Assembly: GCA_016929245.1 (NCBI GenBank)
Contig: JAFGJE010000251.1
Location: 1 to 62,062, forward strand
Source of the DNA: Phycisphaerae bacterium
GTDB lineage: Bacteria > Planctomycetota > Phycisphaerae > SM23-33
Reading direction: 5' to 3'
Length of the DNA stretch: 62,062 bases
This document shows, piece after piece, positions 39,173 to 49,451 of this stretch. Numbering within the stretch: the first letter of the stretch is position 1; the number at the start of each line of letters is the position of its first letter. The notes beneath the pieces were generated by a model. That model was not told where the DNA came from, ran no database searches, and worked only from the letters and a program-made list of their open reading frames with translations. A program made the translations under genes and the position numbers.

Positions 39173-39640
39173 ATGGCTTGGGATGATGAGTTTGATCCAA
39201 CCGAGGACGACGGATTCGTGCCGGCGGCGTACGCGCGATCCATGGAAGAGGCCGAGGAACTTCGGCAACTGCTGGAAGATCACGGGATCGAAGCCGTGCT
39301 CGGCGACGAAAGCGAAGCTCCGGAACGATCCGAGGATTCCGACACCACGCTCGGCGCCATCACGCACGGGGTGCCGATTCTCGTTCCGGAAATGTACCTG
39401 GACGAAGCCGGTGAAATCATCGCCGACCGCGAAGACACGGATGAATTCGAGATCGACGACGAAGAGGACGAGGACGACGAGGATGAATTCGCCATCGGCG
39501 ACGAAGAAGAGGACGGATTCTTCCAGATCGAGGAAGAAGACGACGAACTCTACGGCGAGGAAGACGAAGAAGGGGACTACCTCGACGAAGAGGAAGAGCA
39601 AGAGGATGAGGAGGACGACGAGGACGCCGAAGAGAATTGA
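39173..39640 (+). CDS. DUF2007-like protein with long Asp/Glu tail
   Basis: EAEELRQLLEDHGIEAVL...GVPILVPE...EAGEII; the C-terminal ~70 aa are mostly D/E. Confidence 0.75.
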   Translation: MAWDDEFDPTEDDGFVPAAYARSMEEAEELRQLLEDHGIEAVLGDESEAPERSEDSDTTLGAITHGVPILVPEMYLDEAGEIIADREDTDEFEIDDEEDEDDEDEFAIGDEEEDGFFQIEEEDDELYGEEDEEGDYLDEEEEQEDEEDDEDAEEN

Positions 39641-39773
39641 ACCTCCGATCGCCGGATTGGCGGTGGGAGAAATGAATTTCAAAGTGAACATTTCGTTCGC
39701 ATAGGCCGATACGTATAGTATATTGTATAGAGGATAACCCGTAACTACCGGGAATCGCGGACCCTGGACACTT

Positions 39774-40076
39774 ATGACAAGCGATAATTATTCAGGACCG
39801 GATCGTCGTACCACCCAACGGAAGGAACGACGGCAGGCGACGGATCGTCGCAGCGGTATGGAACGACGGCGCGGTCCGGGACGGCGCCGCTCCGACACGC
39901 GCCGCTCCGCCGAAGAAGGCGAAATGAACGAAGAGCAGTTCGCGTTCATCCAGGCGGTCAACGAGTACAAACGCGTCAACGGAAAACCCTTCCCCACCTG
40001 GACGGAAGTGCTGGACATCGTCCTGGCGATGGGGTATCGAAAGGTAGCCGAACCGAAAAATATCGGCGAGGTGTGA
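39774..40076 (+). CDS. Small hypothetical protein with DRR/ERR repeats
   Basis: GPDRR..ERR..DRR..ERRR..RRRSD followed by a helical domain EEQFAFIQAVNEYKRVNGKPFPTWTEVL. Confidence 0.75.
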   Translation: MTSDNYSGPDRRTTQRKERRQATDRRSGMERRRGPGRRRSDTRRSAEEGEMNEEQFAFIQAVNEYKRVNGKPFPTWTEVLDIVLAMGYRKVAEPKNIGEV

Positions 40077-40101
40077 CCCGCGCCCGCCGCGAGACGAACC
40101 C

Positions 40102-40746
40102 ATGACGCTACTGGGCATGGAACAGATCGAAACCTCGTTGCGCATCGTCACGAGCGTCGCGCCGGTGGCGTTGTATTTTCTCCTGCTGGGGATTCTCAAC
40201 ACCCGCCGGCATCCGCAGCTTCTGTCGGGCCGACAGGATTCTGCCTTGCTGACGCTGGCGCTGAGTCCCCTGGCGATCACGCCGGTGATGCATTGGTTGG
40301 GCGGCGGACTGCCCACGGCGCTCGCCTGCGGCGGGGCGCTGGCCGGAGGCGTGTGGCTGCTCTCCCCGAAAGGACGCACGTGGGTGATCTACAACCTCCC
40401 CGCGTCCAACGTCCGACGAACCGCGCAGGACATCCTCCGGTCGATGAACGTCGAAACCCGATCCACCCAAACCGGGTTGCGGTTCGAGAAAGGCGACGGA
40501 CGGCTGGAGGTTTCCTACTTCCCCGTCCTGCGAAACGTCACGCTTCGCCTTCTCGGCGCGGACGAGACGCTCTGGAACCAGTTCGAGTCCCGCCTGCACG
40601 AACGATTGCAGCGGGTGGAGACGGAACCCTCCCCCATGGCGGTGACCCTGCTGCTGCTGGCGACGGCGATGATCGTCGCGCCCCTCTCGCTGATGGTGCA
40701 CCACGCCCCGGAAATCGTCCGCCTGCTGAACGACCTCCTGCCGTAA
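40102..40746 (+). CDS. Hypothetical membrane protein
   Basis: Three N-terminal TM helices, a soluble middle and one C-terminal TM helix. Confidence 0.7.
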   Translation: MTLLGMEQIETSLRIVTSVAPVALYFLLLGILNTRRHPQLLSGRQDSALLTLALSPLAITPVMHWLGGGLPTALACGGALAGGVWLLSPKGRTWVIYNLPASNVRRTAQDILRSMNVETRSTQTGLRFEKGDGRLEVSYFPVLRNVTLRLLGADETLWNQFESRLHERLQRVETEPSPMAVTLLLLATAMIVAPLSLMVHHAPEIVRLLNDLLP

Positions 40747-40825
40747 CTCTCACGCGCCCGTCGCCGCATCTTCCGAATGCGACGATCTTGCGTCCCTTCC
40801 ACTCGGCCGAACTTCGTGAGAGAAT

Positions 40826-40892
<67 letters not shown>

Positions 40893-40986
40893 TCGCCGCC
40901 TGCCCCTTAGGGGTGGTAAATCTTCAGTTTTTTAGAGGTTTCGTGAAAATTAATGTTGATGTTTTTCGGAACGTCCCCTGGATATA

Positions 40987-41367
40987 ATGAAGAAGGTAAC
41001 AGGTTTCGGGAACCGATCCATGCATGTTCACCGAGCGATTCTGATCGTCTGCACGGCGTGTATGCTCGCCGCGTCGCCTGTTTTGTTGTCGGTGCGGACC
41101 GGATTTGCATCCTCCGCCGAGAAAACTTCTCCTGAGGGCCGGCGCCCCCGGATTATTTCGGATTCCCTGACGACGCCGGTGGTGTTTCGCGATTCCCGAC
41201 AGAATCTTCGCGAACTCCACCCGATGCGCCTCTCGCCGGCCGTCGCCCTTCGCCGTTCGAATCTTCCGAGCGAACGTTTCGGACTCTCCGCCCGGATCGA
41301 GGAATGGCTCCCTCCCCTCGGTGAGGAACCTTCGCGTTTGTCTCTCTATTGCCGATGGGTTCTATAA
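40987..41367 (+). CDS. Hypothetical protein (possible signal peptide)
   Basis: ORF with a hydrophobic N-terminal stretch; no family recognised. Confidence 0.35.
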   Translation: MKKVTGFGNRSMHVHRAILIVCTACMLAASPVLLSVRTGFASSAEKTSPEGRRPRIISDSLTTPVVFRDSRQNLRELHPMRLSPAVALRRSNLPSERFGLSARIEEWLPPLGEEPSRLSLYCRWVL

Positions 41368-41516
41368 TCGATCCTCCAACCCTTCCGGCCATCCCGTTCG
41401 CGCCGAGGATAGGCGTGTCTATCCCCAAGCCGATGGAAACAACCTGAGTACGATTCGCGTCCCTTTCCTAACTCGTTGGGATCGACAAGGGAAAGCGAAA
41501 TCGGGAGAGACGATCC

Positions 41517-42038
41517 ATGAAACAGGTTACGACATTCAATTCGACGGCGGTTCTTCATCAGGCGAAGGAACTGCTGGATCTCGGCCGTCCGAAGGCGGCG
41601 TTGGATCTCCTGAACGATTCCGGGATCAACACCCCGTGTATCGACAACGCGCGGGGCGTGTGTTTCCTGCGCCTGGACAGGCCTGACGACGCCCTGAAAG
41701 TGTTCCGAAAGCTGGTGTTTCCCGGTGGCGCGTTCGCCGTTCCGGACGACACCCCGCCGGTGTTTCGCGTCAATTACGTCACCACGTTTTTCCTGCTGGA
41801 CAACGTGATCATCGGAATCCAGTTGTTGCGGGACATTCCCGATCAGGATCATCCTCTCGTTCGGGCGCTCACGGAAACCGTGGTTCGCTGGAAGCGAACC
41901 CTTTCCTGGTGGCGGCGGATTCTGCTTCCCGCGGGCGTGTATCCGAATCGACCGATTCGGCTGGATTCCCCGCCGGGCTTCCTGTGGATTCCCGAAGAAA
42001 CGGAAGAACGTCCCCGTCCCGCGGAGCGTGCGGCATGA
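41517..42038 (+). CDS. TPR-like hypothetical protein
   Basis: GGGAG ribosome-binding site; NARGVCFLRLDRPDDALKVF TPR-like helix pair; overlaps the next start. Confidence 0.65.
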   Translation: MKQVTTFNSTAVLHQAKELLDLGRPKAALDLLNDSGINTPCIDNARGVCFLRLDRPDDALKVFRKLVFPGGAFAVPDDTPPVFRVNYVTTFFLLDNVIIGIQLLRDIPDQDHPLVRALTETVVRWKRTLSWWRRILLPAGVYPNRPIRLDSPPGFLWIPEETEERPRPAERAA

Positions 42039-43117
42039 CGAGCGTCCTGTGGATCGCGGCGGGATTGGCGCTGCTGACGCTGGGGGCGGAATGGCTGGTG
42101 CGCGGCGCGGCGAAGCTGGCCGAGGCGGTCGGTCTGCCTTCGCTGATCATCGGACTGACGGTCGTCGCCTACGGAACCAGCGCGCCGGAATTCGCCGTCA
42201 GCGTGAAATCCGCCCTGGTCGGGCAGGCGGATATCGCCGTGGGCAACGTCGTCGGGAGCAACACCTTCAACGTGCTGTTCATTCTGGGCGTCTCGGCGCT
42301 GATCACGCCGCTGACGGTTTCGTCGCAACTGGTCCGCCTCGACGTTCCGGTGATGATCGGCGCGTCGGGACTGGTGTGGTTCCTTGCCGCCGGCGGAACC
42401 GTCCACCGATCGGAGGGAATGCTTCTGCTGGCGATGATTCTGGGGTATACCGTCCTGCTGATCCGCCTGGGATTCCGGAATCCGCCCCAGGCCGGGATTC
42501 CCGCCCCGTCGAAACCGCCGTCGAAACAACGGCTCGCCGTTTCGATTCTCCTGGTGATCGTCGGGCTTGTGCTCCTGGTGCTCGGGGCGCGATGGCTGGT
42601 CCAGGGCGCGACGGAGCTGGCCCGTCGCCTGGGCGTCGGCGAATTGCTGATCGGTCTGACCCTCGTCGCCGGGGGCACCTCGCTTCCGGAGGCGGCGACG
42701 TCCATCGTCGCGGGGTTGCGGGGACAGCGGGATATCGCCGTGGGCAACATCGTCGGGAGCAATATTTTCAACCTGCTGGCCGTGCTGGGAGCCGCGTCGG
42801 CGGTTTCCCCGAACGGCGTGAGGATCTCTCCCGCGGCGCTGCATTTTGACATTCCCGTCATGGTCGCCGTCGCCGCCGCCTGCCTCCCGGTGTTCTTCAC
42901 GGGCGGACGCGTCTCCCGATGGGAAGGCGCGATGTTCCTGGGGTACTACGGCGCGTACCTGGCGTTTTTACTCCTGTACGTCTCCCGAAGCGCCGCCCTG
43001 CCCGCGTTCAGCCTGGCGATGGTCGCGTTCGTGCTGCCCGGAACGATCCTGGGACTGGGCGCGTCGGTCCGGCAGGCGTTGCGCCGCGCGACGCCGAAAC
43101 ACGATGGCATTCCATAA
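42035..43117 (+). CDS. Calcium/sodium antiporter (CaCA/YrbG family)
   Basis: Two alpha repeats (GTSAPE...GNVVGSN and GTSLPE...GNIVGSNIFN). Confidence 0.93.
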   Translation: MTSVLWIAAGLALLTLGAEWLVRGAAKLAEAVGLPSLIIGLTVVAYGTSAPEFAVSVKSALVGQADIAVGNVVGSNTFNVLFILGVSALITPLTVSSQLVRLDVPVMIGASGLVWFLAAGGTVHRSEGMLLLAMILGYTVLLIRLGFRNPPQAGIPAPSKPPSKQRLAVSILLVIVGLVLLVLGARWLVQGATELARRLGVGELLIGLTLVAGGTSLPEAATSIVAGLRGQRDIAVGNIVGSNIFNLLAVLGAASAVSPNGVRISPAALHFDIPVMVAVAAACLPVFFTGGRVSRWEGAMFLGYYGAYLAFLLLYVSRSAALPAFSLAMVAFVLPGTILGLGASVRQALRRATPKHDGIP

Positions 43118-43237
43118 ACGCCGTCGGCGGACGAAAAAGACGTGTTTCAACCAGGGACTTGGATTTTCCCTTTTCTCTGGATATCATACCCGCTTGTCTT
43201 GCGCGACGAATCCTTTCCCCTCCGACGGAGTAACGAC

Positions 43238-44809
43238 GTGAGCAACGAGTTGCAACATGAATGCGGCATCGCCGCGTTGTATTGGCTGGACGCCCCCGTG
43301 GGGCGTAACGGCGCCGCGAGCAAACTCATCCGAAACGGCGACGTGACCCCGCTCATGCCGACCATGCTGCTGAACCTCCAGAACCGCGGGCAACTCGCCG
43401 CGGGCATCAGCCGCTATCAGCCCGGACACCAGCAGATTCTTGACACCTTCAAGGACATCGGTTCGGTCGCCGAGGCGTTTCGCATGTCGCACCCCGCCAA
43501 GCACCAGGCGATCCTCGAGCAATACGCCGGCCGGGCCGCCATCGGACACACGCGCTACGCGACCTGCGGGCAGGACGACGTCCGCTACGCCCAGCCGTTC
43601 GAGCGACACCACGGGCGACTCTGGAAATGGTACGCGTTCGGATTCAATGGAAACCTCGCGAACTACACGCAACTGCGCGACCGGATTCTCTCGCGGCGCC
43701 ATTACGTCTTCACGCTCGACACCGACACGGAAATCCTCATGCACGAACTGTCGTACCGCCTGCGCGGAGACAAGACGCCCGACCTCCTGAAAGTCTGGTC
43801 CGGCATGAGCCGCACGTTCGACGGGGCGTACAACATCGCCTTCCTCGACGCCATGGGTCGCATGGTCGTGGCGCGCGACCCCCTGGGGCTGCGCCCCTTG
43901 AGTTACGCGGTGCAGGGGCGGTTGTTCGCGGCCGCCAGCGAGTCGGTGGCGCTGACGAACCTGGGTTTCGACCACGTCCGCGACCTTCCGCCCGGGCACA
44001 TGGCCGTCATCGAAAACGGGAAGTTCCGCGTCGAAGCTTACTCTCGTCCGCGGCGCAAGGCCCACTGCTTCTTCGAGTGGGTGTACTTCTCGAACGTCGC
44101 CAGCGAACAGGACGGCTGCGGGGTGTACGCCGCCCGGAACGCCTCGGGCCTGCGCCTGGCGGACGTGGAAGACCAGCCCATCGACGAGGACTGCATCGTC
44201 GTGCCCGTGCCCGACACCGCCAAGGCGGCCGCCGACGCCTTCGCCTACCGGATGCACATTCCCTGCGTCGAGGGACTCATGCGAAACCGCTACGTCGGGC
44301 GAACGTTCATCCAGGGCGACGCGACGCGCGGCAGCAGCGCCCGGAACAAGTACACACCCCTTCCGAAGGTGCTGGAAGGAAAACGCGTGTTCCTGCTGGA
44401 GGATTCCATCGTCCGCTCGACGACGCTGCGGGTGCTGGCGGAGCAGATTCGCCGTCGCGGCAGGGCGAAGGAAGTGCACGTGCGGGTCGCCTGCCCGCCG
44501 ATCATCGCGCCGTGCTTCTACGGGATCGACATGTCCACGCTGGGGGAACTCTTCGCCCCGCGATTCGTCAAGGGGCGTTCCAACGGCGTGCCGGACGACG
44601 CGACGCTGAAAAAAATGGCCCGGGAACTGGGCGTCGATTCCCTCCGCTACCTGCCCGTGGCGGACCTGGGGCCCTGTATCGGAATTCCCAATCGGAATCT
44701 CTGCCTGGGCTGTGTGACGGGAAAATATCCCAGCGCCCGCGGAAACCGGCTTTTCACACAAGCCCGGAAAAACCTCGCCGGCCGTAAGACGGGAAGAACG
44801 TACGAATAA
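43238..44809 (+). CDS. purF: Amidophosphoribosyltransferase
   Basis: HECGIA (catalytic Cys), LQNRGQ, GHTRYAT, FNGNL, CFFEWVYF, PRPP-binding LLEDSIVRSTT; GTG start after GGAG. Confidence 0.93.
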   Translation: MSNELQHECGIAALYWLDAPVGRNGAASKLIRNGDVTPLMPTMLLNLQNRGQLAAGISRYQPGHQQILDTFKDIGSVAEAFRMSHPAKHQAILEQYAGRAAIGHTRYATCGQDDVRYAQPFERHHGRLWKWYAFGFNGNLANYTQLRDRILSRRHYVFTLDTDTEILMHELSYRLRGDKTPDLLKVWSGMSRTFDGAYNIAFLDAMGRMVVARDPLGLRPLSYAVQGRLFAAASESVALTNLGFDHVRDLPPGHMAVIENGKFRVEAYSRPRRKAHCFFEWVYFSNVASEQDGCGVYAARNASGLRLADVEDQPIDEDCIVVPVPDTAKAAADAFAYRMHIPCVEGLMRNRYVGRTFIQGDATRGSSARNKYTPLPKVLEGKRVFLLEDSIVRSTTLRVLAEQIRRRGRAKEVHVRVACPPIIAPCFYGIDMSTLGELFAPRFVKGRSNGVPDDATLKKMARELGVDSLRYLPVADLGPCIGIPNRNLCLGCVTGKYPSARGNRLFTQARKNLAGRKTGRTYE

Positions 44810-44870
44810 CTACCCGCGTTTCCCGTTTCGGTTGCCTCTTGCTCATTGAGGCGTGGAAACGTAAGGTAGT
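44809..44870. repeat. Long imperfect intergenic hairpin
   Basis: Nested pairs ACTACC/GGTAGT, CGTTTCC/GGAAACG and GCCTC/GAGGC directly after the purF stop. Confidence 0.4.
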
Positions 44871-44917
44871 AGGGACAAAATGAATCGGATCCCGACCCGA
44901 ATCGGCAAGGAGCAGCC

Positions 44918-46252
44918 ATGAAGGTGTTACAACGAAACCCACATCGCGGTGCACAAGGTTTGATACTCGTGTTGACGGCGTCCTTCGTCTTATGCGCAGC
45001 CGCCTTCAGCGCGGAACCCACCAACGCCAAGCAGGCCTCCGAACTCTGGGAGACCATGCGGTCGGCCTACGTCAACAGCGAAGAATTCGTCCAGGCCCAC
45101 GACGAACTGGTGACGTTCCTGGGCGCCTTACCGGCGAAGGAGAAAACCGTCGTCGCCGCGGCGATGATGCGACGCGGAGACGGGGACGACATCAACGCTG
45201 CCGCCCTGGAACTCTTCGGCGCCGAGGGACTGCCCCCGGCGAGTCTCCAACCCCTCATCGAAAATGAAAAACGCACCTGGCCGCAACGCGTGCTGATCCG
45301 AACGTACTATCACTTCCTCCGTCCGGAGTACGAAACCCGCCTGAGCGAACCCGCCCGACGCGAACTGGTGCAAATGCTGGCGGATCGCCTGAGGCAACTG
45401 GCGAAGCTCAAAACCGTCGATTACGGCGAACAGCGTCTCCTGACGCACATGATCCAGGCCGCCCTGTCCCGCTACGCCGGGAAGAACGACGTGAAGGAAA
45501 TGACGGACCTCCGCGCCGCGATGAACGCCTACGCGGCTGTCAAACGCGAGGACGACGTGCTGTCCGAGTCGATCCGCGCCTGGGACACCATGACGCCCGA
45601 TCCGAAGATCACCACGCCCGCCGAAGCACTCAAGGCGCTGGGGCATTTCAACGCCCTGGTTCGCCAGAAAGCGGCGGTGTTTCTGGGATCGGCGATCCGG
45701 AAAACGCCCGACCTCGGCCAGACCGTTCTGAAACAACTCCAGGATCCGCGGGATGAAGTCCGCGCCGCGGCGGCGGGGGTGTTCAGCTTCGCGCTGAGCT
45801 ACGCGCCGGAGAAGGTCATCCCCGCGATGGTCAAACTGCTGATCTGGGATCGCGGCGTGATCGTGCAGGAAGCCGCCTCCGGAACCTTGATCGCCCATTC
45901 GGACGAAGCCCAGGCCATCGCCGACCGCCTGCTGGAAGAACTCATCACGCGCGACCCCCTCCCCGGACCGCGACGCACCACGAGCATTTTAACGACGCTG
46001 AGCTACTTAATTTCCGAAGACACGCCCGGCAGTCAGAAAAAACGCCTGCTGGACGCGGCCGTGGCGAATCTGGACTGTGCCCCGGCCGGGGCGCTGCGGG
46101 CGCTGGAAGCCCTCGGACCGGACGCCAGGCCGGCCGTCGGAAATATCCGCGAATACCGCGACACGAAAGCCGACCGCTTCACCCGCCTGCGCATCGACCG
46201 CCACGTCCTGATGGCCATCGACCCCGAGGCGGTGACCTCCAGGAAAAATTAG
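44918..46252 (+). CDS. Secreted HEAT-repeat-like protein
   Basis: Signal peptide; all-helical, with DPRDEVRAAAA and ALRALEALGP HEAT-like motifs. Confidence 0.7.
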   Translation: MKVLQRNPHRGAQGLILVLTASFVLCAAAFSAEPTNAKQASELWETMRSAYVNSEEFVQAHDELVTFLGALPAKEKTVVAAAMMRRGDGDDINAAALELFGAEGLPPASLQPLIENEKRTWPQRVLIRTYYHFLRPEYETRLSEPARRELVQMLADRLRQLAKLKTVDYGEQRLLTHMIQAALSRYAGKNDVKEMTDLRAAMNAYAAVKREDDVLSESIRAWDTMTPDPKITTPAEALKALGHFNALVRQKAAVFLGSAIRKTPDLGQTVLKQLQDPRDEVRAAAAGVFSFALSYAPEKVIPAMVKLLIWDRGVIVQEAASGTLIAHSDEAQAIADRLLEELITRDPLPGPRRTTSILTTLSYLISEDTPGSQKKRLLDAAVANLDCAPAGALRALEALGPDARPAVGNIREYRDTKADRFTRLRIDRHVLMAIDPEAVTSRKN

Positions 46253-46302
46253 GCTTTGTATCGGAGAAACCTTCCATCGCTACCGGGATGACGGTGGAAG
46301 GA

Positions 46303-46725
46303 TCAATCGAAAGCGTCGGAGATGTGTTCGATTAGGGGTTCGCCTTCGTCGGGCAGGACGATCGAGACGATGTCGTAGCGAACGTGAAGATCGTCGGCCT
46401 GTTTTTGACGGAGGTAGTAGCCGGCTACCTTTTGAACGCGTCGCCGTTTGTCCGCGTTGACGGCGCCCGCCGGGGACGTGTACTTGTCGCGGCGACGGGT
46501 TTTGACTTCCACGAACACGAGGGTGTCCGGTTTCGTGCGGCGGTCCAGGGCGATGATATCCGCTTCCCCGGCGGGACAGCGGTAGTTGGTCGCCAGGATT
46601 TTCATTCCCTTTTTCCGAAGATGTTTTCGAGCGAGCTTCTCTCCGCGCGCACCGCGAACGGCGGTGGTGGTTGGGGATGTCTTGGACGTGTCAGCCTGAC
46701 CGCGTCTGGAGCGGAACGGCCACAT
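46303..46725 (-). CDS. yraN: YraN family (UPF0102) endonuclease-like protein
   Basis: GARGEKLA, NYRCPAGEADII, FVEVKTR, RYDIV; located downstream of rplS. Confidence 0.9.
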   Translation of the reverse strand: MWPFRSRRGQADTSKTSPTTTAVRGARGEKLARKHLRKKGMKILATNYRCPAGEADIIALDRRTKPDTLVFVEVKTRRRDKYTSPAGAVNADKRRRVQKVAGYYLRQKQADDLHVRYDIVSIVLPDEGEPLIEHISDAFD

Positions 46726-46728
46726 TCC

Positions 46729-47193
46729 TCACGCCTCGACGGTTTCGGGGGTTTCTTCGGCGTCCGTTTCGACCTGGGCTTCGGCTTCGGCGGCGGATTT
46801 GACGGCGGCGGATTTTTCCGCGGCGGCGCGTTCGGCCTTCGTCGGTCCGCGAAGCTCTTTCAGGCGAGTGGACTTGCCCACGCGATCCCGCAGGTAGTAC
46901 AGCTTGGCCCGGCGAATCTTTCCGCGACGGACGATTTCCACCTCGGCGACCTTGGGACTGTGAATCGGGAACGTCCGCTCGACGCCCTCGTTGTTCACGA
47001 TGCGACGGACGGTGAAGGTTTCGCTGACGCCCTCGCCGCGCCGGCCGATCACCGTTCCGGTAAACATCTGGATGCGTTCCTTGTCGCCTTCGACGATGCG
47101 ACAATGCACCTTGACGGTGTCGCCGATGTGAAATTCGGGGAGGGTTTCCTTTCGGCTGCCTGCCGCGGCGATATTCAATAATTCCTGAGACAC
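46729..47193 (-). CDS. rplS: 50S ribosomal protein L19
   Basis: [10 protein letters not shown]...ERIQMFTG...[11 protein letters not shown]...RRAKLYYLR. Confidence 0.97.
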   Translation of the reverse strand: MSQELLNIAAAGSRKETLPEFHIGDTVKVHCRIVEGDKERIQMFTGTVIGRRGEGVSETFTVRRIVNNEGVERTFPIHSPKVAEVEIVRRGKIRRAKLYYLRDRVGKSTRLKELRGPTKAERAAAEKSAAVKSAAEAEAQVETDAEETPETVEA

Positions 47194-47196
47194 GTT

Positions 47197-47928
47197 CTAT
47201 TCTCCTGCTTCGGTGTCGTTCTTCGTTGTTTTCTCGTTACGGTATTGTTCCCACAGGTCGGGCCGGCGAAGCTGCGTTCGCATCTCGGCCTGTTCCTTGC
47301 GCCACCGGGCGATTTTCCCGTGGTCGCCGGACAGCAGAATTTCCGGCACGCCCAGCCCGCGAAACTCCCGCGGGCGGGTGTACTGCGGATACTCCAGCAG
47401 TCCCTGCTGGAACGATTCTTCGGTTGTCGATTCGTCCTTGCCCAGCGCTCCGGGCAGGAGTCGGATCACCGCGTCGATGACCGCCATCGCGGCGAATTCG
47501 CCTCCGGAGAGGACGAAATCGCCCAGGCTGATCTCGCGGTCCACCAGGTGCGTCCGGATTCGCTCGTCGAATCCTTCGTAGTGCCCGGCCAAAAATATCA
47601 ATCTCGGTTCGCCGGCCAGCTCGTGGGCGATCCGCTGGTTGAACGTTTCGCCCTGCGGCGTCAGCAGAATCACTTTTCCGGCCGGTTCCGCTTGCGGCTG
47701 CACGTGCTCGACGGCGTCGAAGATCGGCTGGCACATCAGCACCATGCCCGGCCCGCCGCCGAAGGGCGCGTCGTCCACCGTGCCGTAGTTGTCCTTCGCG
47801 AAGTCGCGAATGTCGGTCAGATGGATGTCCGCCAGACCCTTCTGCTGCGCCCGCCCGACGATGCTCGTTTCGCAAAACGGAACGAACAATTCGCGGAACA
47901 ACGTCAGGATGTCAACGCGAAGGGGCAT
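47197..47928 (-). CDS. trmD: tRNA (guanine37-N1)-methyltransferase
   Basis: [47 protein letters not shown]. Confidence 0.97.
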   Translation of the reverse strand: MPLRVDILTLFRELFVPFCETSIVGRAQQKGLADIHLTDIRDFAKDNYGTVDDAPFGGGPGMVLMCQPIFDAVEHVQPQAEPAGKVILLTPQGETFNQRIAHELAGEPRLIFLAGHYEGFDERIRTHLVDREISLGDFVLSGGEFAAMAVIDAVIRLLPGALGKDESTTEESFQQGLLEYPQYTRPREFRGLGVPEILLSGDHGKIARWRKEQAEMRTQLRRPDLWEQYRNEKTTKNDTEAGE

Positions 47929-47965
47929 ACCAAAGGCTCCCGGCGGCGCGATCACCAAGGGGGTG

Positions 47966-48226
47966 TTATTTCGCGGCCGTGATGCCCAGCTTCTTCTTCA
48001 GCAGGTCGCGAACGGTCTCGGACGGTTGGGCGCCGACGCCCAGCCAGTATTCAATCCGTTCCCGGTTCAGCGATGCCTGCTGGTCCTGTTCCTTCGCGCC
48101 GGGATCGTACCATCCGAGTTCCTCGATCACGCGCCCGTCGCGCGGGTTGCGCGCGTCCATCGCGTTTAACCGGTAGAAACTGCGGTGCCGGCGTCCCATT
48201 CGCTTCAGTCGTAACCGTACTGCCAC
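47966..48226 (-). CDS. rpsP: 30S ribosomal protein S16
   Basis: [17 protein letters not shown]...[14 protein letters not shown]...[12 protein letters not shown]. Confidence 0.97.
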   Translation of the reverse strand: MAVRLRLKRMGRRHRSFYRLNAMDARNPRDGRVIEELGWYDPGAKEQDQQASLNRERIEYWLGVGAQPSETVRDLLKKKLGITAAK

Positions 48227-48400
48227 GAAACTCACTCCCAACCCGGCCGAGCCGGTGCCAAAACGATCCAAACGCATCCCGTAGGGGAAGATACACGCTT
48301 CCCGCACACGAGAATCGAATATTGTAACAGCCTATTTCTCGACTGCAAGTCCTTTTTTCCGGTTTCGTCACGCGCAAAGGGAGTTTTGAACGCCTTGAGG

Positions 48401-49417
48401 TTATCGATGGGAATACGCCCGCAGGATGGGGATGTAACGTCCGGGCACGGCAGGAGTAAGGTTTTCCCCGGCGGCGCGGGATTGGGCGCTGCGCCAGAGA
48501 GCCTGGTCGAAAGATTCCTCGGAAGGGGAGGAAACGGCGATGGAGGGGAGTGTTTCAGAGGGAACGTCGGGATAACGCGGGTGAAATACACGCACGCCCG
48601 CGTGGGGGGAGGACGGGGGGGACTGTTGTGCAACGAACGAATCCGGCTGGGATGGAGGATTGGTACCGGCCGATTCCGCGGGAGGGGTTTTCCCGGCGAC
48701 GGCGGTGGGGAGTCGGCTGGGGAGTAATTCCCGCACGTCAAATCCCGCCCGACGGAGTTTTTTCAGCAGGCGATGCAATTGGGCTTCGTCTCGCGTTTCG
48801 ATTGTTCGGGTCAGTTCGTCAAGGGTTCGTCGCGTTTCGGGATCGGCGTTTACCTTGGCGCGGCCGACGGTGCGGGCGATTTCATGTGCGTCGGTTTGGA
48901 TGAGTTGCTCGGTAAGGCGTGCGTCGCGGGAAGGCAGAAGCAGCAGCGTCGCGCAGAGCAGGATCGTCAGGAGCAGCAGCAACGGCGTGCGACGGGTGCA
49001 TCGCCACAGATCGAGTCGTCGTGGCAAACTTTTCGCGAATTGCGTCGCCTGGTCGTACACGAACAACGCTTCGGGGGATTCGTCTCCCGCGGCCCGCAAT
49101 TCGCGGGCGGTGCTGAGGCGCTCCTTCAGATCGTAACGAATATCCAACAGCCGGGCAGCTTGCAGTTCGTTCGTGCCGCGCACAATCGCGATGATCATAC
49201 CGAGAATCGCCCCGGCGGGAATCAGCACCAGCGGAATCACCCAGCCGGGAATCATTGTTATTCCGTCAAGAACGCGCCAGTCTAAAATCTGAAGAATCAT
49301 CCCCAAAGCCGCGAGTAGTCCCGCGAATATCGCGCCAACTTCAGCGGATTCCAGCACACGCACAACTAACAATCTTCGCCGAAACTGCTTCAACAGGATG
49401 GGCAATTCGTTTCGCAT
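48401..49417 (-). CDS. Hypothetical membrane protein
   Basis: N-terminal TM pair, AARLLDIRYDLKERLSTA motif (similar to the DUF4175-like N-terminus), second TM helix, low-complexity tail. Confidence 0.6.
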   Translation of the reverse strand: MRNELPILLKQFRRRLLVVRVLESAEVGAIFAGLLAALGMILQILDWRVLDGITMIPGWVIPLVLIPAGAILGMIIAIVRGTNELQAARLLDIRYDLKERLSTARELRAAGDESPEALFVYDQATQFAKSLPRRLDLWRCTRRTPLLLLLTILLCATLLLLPSRDARLTEQLIQTDAHEIARTVGRAKVNADPETRRTLDELTRTIETRDEAQLHRLLKKLRRAGFDVRELLPSRLPTAVAGKTPPAESAGTNPPSQPDSFVAQQSPPSSPHAGVRVFHPRYPDVPSETLPSIAVSSPSEESFDQALWRSAQSRAAGENLTPAVPGRYIPILRAYSHR

Positions 49418-49451
49418 CCTCTTGACTATATCAAATTATAAAGCATACGGA

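Noticed and set aside
41440-41516. yybP-ykoY (Mn) riboswitch upstream of the antiporter operon
   Set aside because: Only GAGTA and GAGAC fragments match and the multi-stem junction is not evident; kept only as an unassigned structured leader.
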